64,000 bases of DNA, taken from the NCBI GenBank assembly GCA_023701205.1, contig JAMPXJ010000012.1, positions 8,797 through 72,796 of the forward strand. Reading direction: 5' to 3'. A program made the translations under genes and the position numbers. Position 1 is the stretch's first letter, and the number at the start of each line of letters is the position of its first letter. Of the stretch, positions 46,796 through 55,025 are shown in pieces. Below the pieces are notes generated by a model. That model was not told the DNA's origin. It saw nothing but the letters and a program-made list of their open reading frames with translations, and did no database searches. This DNA is from Oligoflexia bacterium (GTDB lineage: Bacteria > Bdellovibrionota > UBA1018).

Positions 46796-48499
46796 ATGAT
46801 GAAGGAATTTTTCCAAGTCGGGCCAGTCCTGGGGAATACCTATGTCTACGATCGCGCGCTTCGAGGGTGCCTAGGGCGTCTCCTGCCGCCCGATGTGTTC
46901 AGTGGAATCGAGCCGGAGTTGAAGCGGCTGGGCGCGCGCGCGACGGGCGATCTGCGGGAGCTCATGCAGGAAGCCGAAGCGAACCCGCCGAGGCACCTGC
47001 CTTATGATCCTTGGGGACGCCGGATCGACGAGATCCAGGTCGCCCCCGCCTGGAAAGCCCTGGATCGCGTAGCGGCCGAGGAGGGGCTCGTGGCCACGGG
47101 ATATGCCCGCCAGCATGGGGCTCTCTCTCGTATCCATCAGTTCGCCAAGCTGTATCTCTACGCCCCGAGCTCCGCGTATTATGCCTGCCCGTTGGCGATG
47201 ACCGATGGTGCTGCGCGCGCGCTCGAGCTTTACGCCGATCCGGAGCTCAAGGAGCGCGCGTTTCCGCATCTGACAGCGACGGATCCCGCGCGGTTCTGGA
47301 CCTCGGGCCAATGGATGACCGAACGCACGGGTGGATCGGACGTGAGCGGGACCTCGACCGTGGCGAAGCGGGATCTGGCCACCGGGCACTTCCGGCTCTT
47401 CGGAACGAAGTTCTTCACATCCGCTGTGACTTCACAGATGGCGATGACCCTGGCTCGGATCGAGGGCGCGCCGGAGGCGAACCGCGGGCTGAGCCTTTTT
47501 TATCTGGAGCTTCGCGACGCGCACGGTGCCCTCCAGAACATCGAGGTGCTGCGGCTCTAGGATAAGTTAGGAACGCGCGCCCTGCCTACGGCGGAGCTGC
47601 GCCTGAATGGCACGCCGGCGCGCCTGGTAGGGGATGAGGGTAACGGGGTCAAGAAGATCTCCTCGCTGTTCAATATCACCCGGATGCACAACGCCTGCGT
47701 CGCGGTCGCCAGCATGAGCCGGGCATTACAGCTCGCGCGGGATTACGCGACCAAACGGGTGGCTTTCGGGAAACCTATTTCGGAACAGCCGCTCCATGTC
47801 GAGACGCTGGCTTCGATGGAGGTCGAACTCGCGGCGGGGGTGCAGCTCATCTTCCGCGTGGCCGAGCTTCTGGGAAAAGAGGAGACGGGTCAGGCTTCGG
47901 AGGCGGAGTCCACGATCCTGAGGCTGCTGACTCCCTTGGCCAAGCTCTATACCGGGAAGCAGGTCGTGGCGGTTACCAGCGAGGCGTTGGAATGCTTCGG
48001 CGGCGCGGGCTACATGGAGGATACAGGTATCCCGCGATTGCTTCGCGACGCGCAGACACTCGCGATCTGGGAAGGAACGACGAACGTCTTGTCGCTCGAT
48101 GCCCTGCGGGCGATCGAGAAGGAAGGCGCGTTCGCGCCTTTCATGGCGGACGCGCGCGACCGTCTGGATCGTTGCCGCCTTCCCGAGCTGGCGGAGGGAG
48201 TCCGGAGGGCTCAGGACGCGTTGGGCAAGGTCGAGGCCTATCTCTCCATGGCATCGAGAGAAGGGCTCGATTTCGCCCAGGCCGGCGGCCGGCAGTTCGC
48301 CTACTCATTGACGAGGACCTATGTGTCGGCCCTGCTCGCCGAGCAGGCCGTGTGGAGTGTCCGCGAGGGCGGGGATTCCGAGCGCCGATATGCGTTGGAA
48401 ACCGCGCGACGATGGTTCGCACAGGAGTTGGCGCCGCTGGCGTATCCCCATGCGGCGCATCAGAAGGCGTCGAGCTTCTTGGGATCCGGAGAAGCCTGA
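46796..48499 (+). pseudogene. AidB-like acyl-CoA dehydrogenase interrupted by an in-frame TAG (47558-47560)
   Basis: CPLAMTDG, GQWMTERTGGSDV, RL*DKLGTRALPTAE, GGAGYMED, IWEGTTNV; both ORF-track halves are in the same frame. Confidence 0.85.
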
Positions 48500-48502
48500 T
48501 CC

Positions 48503-49435
48503 TCAGGATTCGTGTGCGATGCCATAAGTCGCATCGAGCGCTGAGCAAAGCTCGTTCAGGTCCCGATCGAGGATAAACCATCTGCCGACTGCCTGGCCGC
48601 GAAGCCAGGTCCGCTGGCGTTTGACGAGCTGTCGCGTGGCGAGCGCGATCTCATCGGAGAGACCTTCGAGTCCGGGCCGGATCTTGCGGCCGCGTGGAGG
48701 AAGCTGGTCGAGGTGGGCCCTTACCTGCGCATATCCTACAGCACCGAGTGCTCGGGCGGAAGGAAACTTCGCCAGCAGGGCGCGGGTCTCCCCGACCAAC
48801 CCTTGCTCGAGCATCGCGGCTGTCCGGGCCCCGATTCGCGTCTCCAGCTCCGGATTGGGACGATCGATGATGTAGAGCTCGAAGCGGGGATCGGGGACGG
48901 GCGCCACTTGCGCTTCGAGCTCCGTAGGGGATTTACCAGTGAGCCGGAGAAGCTCCAGGGCGCGAATCAGCCGGTAACGGTCGTTCCCGCCGATCCGGGT
49001 AGCGGCTTCCGGGTCCCTCGCCGCGAGCTCGGCATGCAGCGCGGGATTGGCGAGCCGTTCAAGCTCTCTCCGGAGCGCCGGGTCCGCTTTCGGCGCCTGC
49101 CACAGCCCGTACAAAAGCGCCTTCAGGTAGAAGCCCGTTCCCCCGACCACGAGCGCGCGCTTTCCCCGGGCATGGATTTCATCGATCGCCTGGCGCGCGA
49201 GCGCATGGAAGTCGCCCGCGGTGAAGGGCTCCTCCGGGTCGCGGATATCCACGAGGTGGTGGGGAACCTGTCTGAGCTCCTCCCGCGAAGGCTTGGCCGT
49301 TCCGATATCCATCCCGCGATAGACCAGCATGCTGTCGGCGTTGACGATCTCGATCTGCGGGTGGCGGGCGACGAGCTCGAGGGCGATCGCGGTTTTCCCG
49401 GCAGCGGTGGTGCCGGTGAGAATCCCGATTTTCAT
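48503..49435 (-). CDS. miaA: tRNA dimethylallyltransferase
   Basis: GTTAAGKT, DSMLVYRGMDIGTAKP, GGTGFY, KRQRTW; ATGA overlap with mutL. Confidence 0.96.
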   Translation of the reverse strand: MKIGILTGTTAAGKTAIALELVARHPQIEIVNADSMLVYRGMDIGTAKPSREELRQVPHHLVDIRDPEEPFTAGDFHALARQAIDEIHARGKRALVVGGTGFYLKALLYGLWQAPKADPALRRELERLANPALHAELAARDPEAATRIGGNDRYRLIRALELLRLTGKSPTELEAQVAPVPDPRFELYIIDRPNPELETRIGARTAAMLEQGLVGETRALLAKFPSARALGAVGYAQVRAHLDQLPPRGRKIRPGLEGLSDEIALATRQLVKRQRTWLRGQAVGRWFILDRDLNELCSALDATYGIAHES

Positions 49436-51279
49436 ACGCGCCGCCGAAACCACTCCTCGAAGCGCGCGCGGGGAATCCGCGTCGCCGTCGGGCGTCCGTG
49501 CGGGCAGTTCCAGGGGTGCGCCGTCCGGAAGAGCTGCTCCACGATCGAGCTGGCCTCGTCGCGGCCCAGGCGATCCCCGGCGCGAACGGAGGAGTGGCAG
49601 GCCTCGCTGGCGAGCTTCTCGAAAAGGGTCTCATCGAGGAGGATCCGGGTGGCGTCGGCTTCCAGGGATAGGAGGCGTTCCATGAGGTTCTTCAGGCGAA
49701 CGCGGAGCTCTTCCGTCCCCCAGGCCGCCGGCACGGCCCGGAAAAGAAGCGTATCCGCGCCGAAAACCTCGGCCTCGAAACCCAGGCCGATCAGCCAGCC
49801 CAGGCGCGCCTCGAGAGTCGTACGGGACTCCGGGTCGAAGCGAACCGCTTCGGGGATCAGGAGAGCCTGGCTGGACGGCGTTTTCGCGCCGAAGACGGAG
49901 TCGCGGAGCCTTTCGTAGCGGATGCGCTCGTGCGCGGCGTGCTGGTCGATCAGCACCAGCTCCTCGCCTTGATCGTAGAGCAGGTACGTGTTGAAGATCG
50001 CGCCCACGAATTGAGACGGTTCCACGTACGAAAGCGCGGCGTGGGAGGACGCGGCCGGGGTACCGGGCTCGATCGCGCTCTCGGAAGTCGTGAGCGGGAG
50101 CTGGTAGCTCGGGGCCCCGTTCCAGGCCACGGGCATGTCCGGCGCCGTCGCCGAGGATGAAAGAGAAAAGGGCTGCGCGGCCGACCAGCTCGAGTCTCCT
50201 GCGAGTTCCTTCGCGAAGTCGGGAGCCGCGGCAAAAGAGGGCGCCGACGCGTATGCGGGCGCTCCGTTCCGCGCGATCATGGATTCCACCAGCGACTGCA
50301 CCTCGCGGAAGATCCTCCTGCTGTCGAGGAATCGGACCTCGGTCTTGGTCGGGTGGACGTTCACGTCGATCTCGGAGGGCTCGATGTCGATATAAAGCGC
50401 GATCGAGGGAAACTGCCCGGGCAGGAGCGCCTGGCGGAAGGGGCTGAGCAGCGCCTGCTGCAGGAGGCGATCCTTGAGCGCGCGGCCATTCACCATCTGC
50501 AGGACCCGCCGTGACTGTGGAGAGCTCATTCCCTGGAGCCAGTGCACGTGGATGCGGGGGCCTCCGTGACGCGGGTCATTGCTCTGCGTGATCGCGGGGT
50601 AATCCTCGCCATCGGAGAGGATCGCTCGCACGCGTTCGATCTCCGTCTGCGGCCGCAACGCCAGGATGTTCCGGCCGTCGCTTGAAAGCCGGAAGCCCAC
50701 ATTCGGATGGGCGAGCGCCAGCCGCTCGATCCATTCGCGGGTTTGCGCGACCTCGGCGCCCTGGCTTTTGAGGAATTTCAGCCGCGCGGGAACCTGCGAG
50801 AACAGGCCGCGCGCCTGGACGCGCGTCCCTTGCGGCGAACCCAGGAAATGCCCGAAGGTCGCGGTCTCCGGTCGAGGGCGCTGACCGAAGGCGGTCACGC
50901 GGACTTCGTAGGCGGTGTCTTCACCCGATTTCCGGGAAACCAGGCTCAGCTCGGTCACGGCCGCGATGCTCGGAAGAGCCTCGCCGCGGAAGCCCAGGGT
51001 CTCGATCTTCTCGAGATCCTCAAGGGTTCCGAGCTTGCTCGTCGCGTGCCGCTCAAGGCAGAGCTCCAGATCGCGCGGTGACATCCCATGTCCGTTGTCG
51101 AGGACTTCGATCAGCCCCTTTCCCCCATCCTCGAGGAAAACCGCGATTTCGGTCGCTCCGGCATCGATCGAGTTTTCGACGAGCTCTTTCACGACGCTGG
51201 AAGGTCGTTCGATGACTTCGCCCGCGGCGATTCGTTCGGCGACTGCCGGAGGCAGGACGTGTATGGCGTGAGGGATCAT
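49432..51279 (-). CDS. mutL: DNA mismatch repair endonuclease MutL
   Basis: IAAGEVIERP, HATSK, GFRGEAL, DQHAAHER, CPHGRP. Confidence 0.97.
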   Translation of the reverse strand: MIPHAIHVLPPAVAERIAAGEVIERPSSVVKELVENSIDAGATEIAVFLEDGGKGLIEVLDNGHGMSPRDLELCLERHATSKLGTLEDLEKIETLGFRGEALPSIAAVTELSLVSRKSGEDTAYEVRVTAFGQRPRPETATFGHFLGSPQGTRVQARGLFSQVPARLKFLKSQGAEVAQTREWIERLALAHPNVGFRLSSDGRNILALRPQTEIERVRAILSDGEDYPAITQSNDPRHGGPRIHVHWLQGMSSPQSRRVLQMVNGRALKDRLLQQALLSPFRQALLPGQFPSIALYIDIEPSEIDVNVHPTKTEVRFLDSRRIFREVQSLVESMIARNGAPAYASAPSFAAAPDFAKELAGDSSWSAAQPFSLSSSATAPDMPVAWNGAPSYQLPLTTSESAIEPGTPAASSHAALSYVEPSQFVGAIFNTYLLYDQGEELVLIDQHAAHERIRYERLRDSVFGAKTPSSQALLIPEAVRFDPESRTTLEARLGWLIGLGFEAEVFGADTLLFRAVPAAWGTEELRVRLKNLMERLLSLEADATRILLDETLFEKLASEACHSSVRAGDRLGRDEASSIVEQLFRTAHPWNCPHGRPTATRIPRARFEEWFRRRV

Positions 51280-51336
51280 GAGGCGGGAGTCCACCACGAC
51301 CTCTCAAGGATGGCAAGTGAATGGCGCCGGAGGTTA

Positions 51337-52296
51337 TTAAGCCACCACGACCCGGTTTCGGCCGCTCTGCTTCGCCGCATAGAGCGCCTTGTCTGCGGCT
51401 TTCAACAGGCTTTGGGCCGACTCGATGCTGGTGGTCAGCTCGGCGACGCCCATGCTGGTGGTGACGGGGAGCCGCTTTCCTTCGTAAATGAACGCGTGGG
51501 TCTCGACGGCGGCCCGGACGCGCTCAGCGAGCTCCTGGGCCGCTTTGGAATTCATGTTGCTCAAGAGCACGACGAACTCCTCGCCCCCATACCGGGCGAA
51601 CACGTCCTTCGGCCGCAGATAGCCGCCTCGGATGAGGGAGGTGATCTCCTTGAGGACGAAATCACCGGCGTCATGGCCGTAGTTGTCGTTGATCTTCTTG
51701 AAATGATCGAGATCGAAGAAGAGGACGGAAAAGTCCGTGTGAAGCGCCTTGGCACGCTTGAACTCGGCTTCCAGCGCCTCCAGCAGGTAGCCTTTGTTGT
51801 AGATCCGGGTCATCGGGTCCGTATGCGCGGCGGAACCCAGGTTTCCGTAAAAGAGGATCTCGAGCTCGCCGGCCGGGAGGAACTTCAGGATGGAGTTGCC
51901 CATCTTGAGCATGTCTTCTTTGGCGAGCTTGATCGGCTCGTTGGGCTTGAGCTTCTTGTCGTTGACGTAGGTTCCGTTCTGGGATCCGATGTCGGTGAGA
52001 AGGACCTCATCCCCGCGATTGGTGATCTTGGCGTGGTTTCGCGAGACCGCCTGGTCCGGCACGGTGATATCCGCCGAAGGGTCACGGCCGATGACCATCT
52101 GGGGTTGGGTCAGGAAATAGCGATGACCTTGAGGCTTGCCCCGGATCACGATGAGGCAAGCTTCCTGTTCTTTGGCCTTCTGAAGCTCTTTGCGAAGTGT
52201 TTCAGGATCACCCTGAATCACCGCTGTTTTGTCGCCGCTGTCGTCGGAACTGTTGTCGTTGGCATTGCTGCAGGCGTCACATGGGGGTGGAACCAT
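51337..52296 (-). CDS. FHA-GGDEF diguanylate cyclase (Bdellovibrio DgcB-like)
   Basis: FHA motifs GR, VSRNHA, GSQNGT; DLDHFK and RYGGEEF; N-terminal tail DKTAVI. Confidence 0.9.
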   Translation of the reverse strand: MVPPPCDACSNANDNSSDDSGDKTAVIQGDPETLRKELQKAKEQEACLIVIRGKPQGHRYFLTQPQMVIGRDPSADITVPDQAVSRNHAKITNRGDEVLLTDIGSQNGTYVNDKKLKPNEPIKLAKEDMLKMGNSILKFLPAGELEILFYGNLGSAAHTDPMTRIYNKGYLLEALEAEFKRAKALHTDFSVLFFDLDHFKKINDNYGHDAGDFVLKEITSLIRGGYLRPKDVFARYGGEEFVVLLSNMNSKAAQELAERVRAAVETHAFIYEGKRLPVTTSMGVAELTTSIESAQSLLKAADKALYAAKQSGRNRVVVA

Positions 52297-52307
52297 AAGG
52301 TTTCTAA

Positions 52308-52336
52308 AGCGTAAGGTAATCGAACTCTTACGTCAA
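52308..52336 (-). promoter_or_regulatory. sigma70-like promoter for the FHA-GGDEF gene
   Basis: TTGACG-N17-TACGCT, 11 nt upstream of ATG 52296. Confidence 0.55.
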
Positions 52337-52419
52337 TGGCGCAGGCGGAATCCCTCAGGAAAGGCGCTACCGCCGCAAAAATTCCGGACTGTTTTGTTTT
52401 AGGTTTACCTGTGAAAGTC

Positions 52420-53829
52420 TCATTCTTTGGATTGCAGCCTTCTCAGCCGATCTACCGGGGAATTGCCATCATTTTCGGGCGGGCGCCTTCCGTCACTGGA
52501 GAGCGCCTCCCGGATATAGACCTTGCCTTCTTCCACGCCGGGCTGATCGAAAGGATTGATTCCCCAGAGCGTCCCCGTAATGGCCGTAAGGACTGAAAAC
52601 GCGAAATAAAGCGCTCCGAGCGTGCGCTCGTCCAGCCGGTCGAGCTGGATGGTGGTATTAGGGCGGCCTTGACGGGTCAGGACCAGGGAGGTCGCTCGGT
52701 TTTCCACTCGGAGCAGCTCCTGGAGGGAATGGCCTTCGAGCAGACGGAATGCCGGGAACTCCTGCAGACCGCTCTTCGCGGACGTGGTGAGCTTCGGGAT
52801 CCGGACCTCGTCCTCGACCTGGTCGACGGAAAGGAAAAGCACGACCTTGTCGTTCGGACCGTCGCGCAGAAGCTGCAGAATGCTGTGCTGATCAGTCGCC
52901 CCAACCGCCGCGAGAGGCGTAAAGCCTTTGCCGTCCTTGCCGAGACTCTCTCCCCAGAGCTGGACGAACCAGGTCCCGAGCAGACGCAGGCGAGACGAAT
53001 AGGGCATGCACACATGAATCGCGCGCTGAGGGGAATGGCGCAGGAACTCGTGCGCGAGCACGAAAATCGGGTTCTTTTCCAAAGGCTGCCTTTCGCAGTA
53101 ATCCCGCACCTGCTTCGCTCCGAGCAGGAAATCCGAAATCGAAAGTCCGGCCAGCGCCGCCGCGAAGAGTCCGACCGGGGAAAAGATGCTAAAGCGGCCG
53201 CCGATCGACGGAGCGATCGTCAACGTCGGAATCTTTTCCTGGTTCGCATAGGCCCGCAGGTCCCCTTTTTCGGGATCCGTAATGGCGACGCAGTTCGAGC
53301 TGATTCGCGATGGACCGAGCCACTCCAGGGCGAGCAGGAGCTGCGCAAGGGTCTCGAAGGTCGTGCCGGATTTCGCCACCACGCACACGAGCGTTGAATC
53401 CGGCTTGAGGCCGCCGAGAGTGGCCTTCCATGCCACCGGATCGGGATTCTCCATGAAATGGAAGCGGATCCCCGTACGGCAGCGCTCCTGGAGCGCGTCG
53501 AGAAGACTGATCGGTCCGAGCGCGCTGCCTCCGATTCCAAGAAAGAGGCAGTCCGTGAACCGTTTGCGGGCGAGAATGGCTTCAGCTAGCGCCTGGGATT
53601 CCTTCGCCTGCGAGAGTTCCTCCCGAATCGGGGCGTCGTAAAATCCCACCTCGCCGGAGAGAAAGCGCGCCCGGAGCTTTTCCCAGGCTTCCGCGAGCGC
53701 CTGGGCGTCTACCCCGCGCGTGGCGCCGGTTGGGCTTGTCTTCGCACCACCCGCGGCGGGCATCGAGATCAGATTCGACCAGTCCAACGTGACGGGGGCG
53801 CTGCCAAGGCGCGAGGCGGTGACACTCAT
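52420..53829 (-). CDS. pgi: Glucose-6-phosphate isomerase
   Basis: GIGGSALG, KSGTTFET, GGRFS, QLWGESLGK, FDQPGVEEGK. Confidence 0.95.
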   Translation of the reverse strand: MSVTASRLGSAPVTLDWSNLISMPAAGGAKTSPTGATRGVDAQALAEAWEKLRARFLSGEVGFYDAPIREELSQAKESQALAEAILARKRFTDCLFLGIGGSALGPISLLDALQERCRTGIRFHFMENPDPVAWKATLGGLKPDSTLVCVVAKSGTTFETLAQLLLALEWLGPSRISSNCVAITDPEKGDLRAYANQEKIPTLTIAPSIGGRFSIFSPVGLFAAALAGLSISDFLLGAKQVRDYCERQPLEKNPIFVLAHEFLRHSPQRAIHVCMPYSSRLRLLGTWFVQLWGESLGKDGKGFTPLAAVGATDQHSILQLLRDGPNDKVVLFLSVDQVEDEVRIPKLTTSAKSGLQEFPAFRLLEGHSLQELLRVENRATSLVLTRQGRPNTTIQLDRLDERTLGALYFAFSVLTAITGTLWGINPFDQPGVEEGKVYIREALSSDGRRPPENDGNSPVDRLRRLQSKE

Positions 53830-53841
53830 GCGAAAATTTCC

Positions 53842-54978
53842 CTATTTCTGAGTCAGGGCCCGGCCGATCACCAGGCGCTGGATCTGATTGGTTCCTTCCA
53901 CGATCTGCATGACTTTGGCTTCGCGCATGTAGCGCTCCACCGGAAAGTCCTGAGTGTAGCCGGAACCGCCGAGAATTTGAACCGCATCGGTAGTGATTTT
54001 CATCGCCGAATCCGTTGCGAATACCTTCGCCATCGCGGCTTCGGTCGAGAAAGGCAGTTTTTCGTCCTTGAGGGCTGCGGCGCGCTGCACCATCAGGCGT
54101 GCGGCGTCGAGCTGCGTCGCCATGTCGGCCAGCATGAACGAAACCCCCTGGAACTCCGAGATCGGCTTGCCGAACTGCTCCCTTTCCTTGGCGTGATTCA
54201 CCGCGACTTCGAGAGCCGCGCGCGAAATCCCGAGAGCCGCCGCGCCGATCGTGATCCGGCCGTTATCCAGCGCCCTCAAGGCGACTTTGAAACCGTCGCC
54301 TTCCTTGCCGATGAGATTCGCCGCGGGGATCCGGGCGTTCTCGAAGACCAGCTCATAGGTATGCGAAGTGTTCCAGCCCATCTTCTTCTCGCGTTTGCCG
54401 GTGCGGAATCCCGGGGTTCCCTTTTCCAGGATGAAAGCGGAGACTCCTTTGGGCCCTGGCCCACCGGTGCGTGCCATGAGGATGATCGTTTCGGCGAGGT
54501 CGCCTTGGGTGATCCAAAGCTTTGTACCGTTGACGACATAGTGGTCGCCATCGAGGCGCGCCGTCGTGCGGAGGCTTCCCGCATCCGAGCCGCTCGAAGC
54601 TTCCGAAAGCGCGAACGCGCCGATCCCCTGGCCGGAGGCGAGGCGAGGGATGTATTTGCGCTTCTGTTCTTCGGAGCCAAAGAGCGTGAGACACATCTGG
54701 GCGAGGCCGGTGACCGCCACGCTGATCGCATAGCCGGTGTTCACGGCCGCGAGCTCCTCGATCACCGCGATGTACTCCTGATAACCCATTCCCGCGCCGC
54801 CGTATTCCTCAGGAACGGGAACCCCGGTCAGCCCAAGCTCTCCGAGCCGGCCGATCAGCTCTGGACGAAAGCGCTCATCGCGCTCGTCCTGCTCGACAAA
54901 GGGGAGAAGCTCCTTTTGCGCGAAGCGGCGCGCGAGCTCGCGGACTTCCTGCTGCATGGGGGTATTTTGAAAGGACAT
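53842..54978 (-). CDS. Acyl-CoA dehydrogenase (short/branched-chain type)
   Basis: FALSEASSGSD, GTKLWIT, REQFGKPI, QIVEGTNQIQR. Confidence 0.95.
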   Translation of the reverse strand: MSFQNTPMQQEVRELARRFAQKELLPFVEQDERDERFRPELIGRLGELGLTGVPVPEEYGGAGMGYQEYIAVIEELAAVNTGYAISVAVTGLAQMCLTLFGSEEQKRKYIPRLASGQGIGAFALSEASSGSDAGSLRTTARLDGDHYVVNGTKLWITQGDLAETIILMARTGGPGPKGVSAFILEKGTPGFRTGKREKKMGWNTSHTYELVFENARIPAANLIGKEGDGFKVALRALDNGRITIGAAALGISRAALEVAVNHAKEREQFGKPISEFQGVSFMLADMATQLDAARLMVQRAAALKDEKLPFSTEAAMAKVFATDSAMKITTDAVQILGGSGYTQDFPVERYMREAKVMQIVEGTNQIQRLVIGRALTQK

Positions 54979-55025
54979 TCCCCAGTTTTAGCCCGAAAAA
55001 ACGGTCTCGAAAAGAGGGATATGCC

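Noticed and set aside
47558-47560. Genome-wide TAG reassignment
   Set aside because: TAG terminates several conserved genes at their expected ends, including dnaN (after MPMRI) and thrS.
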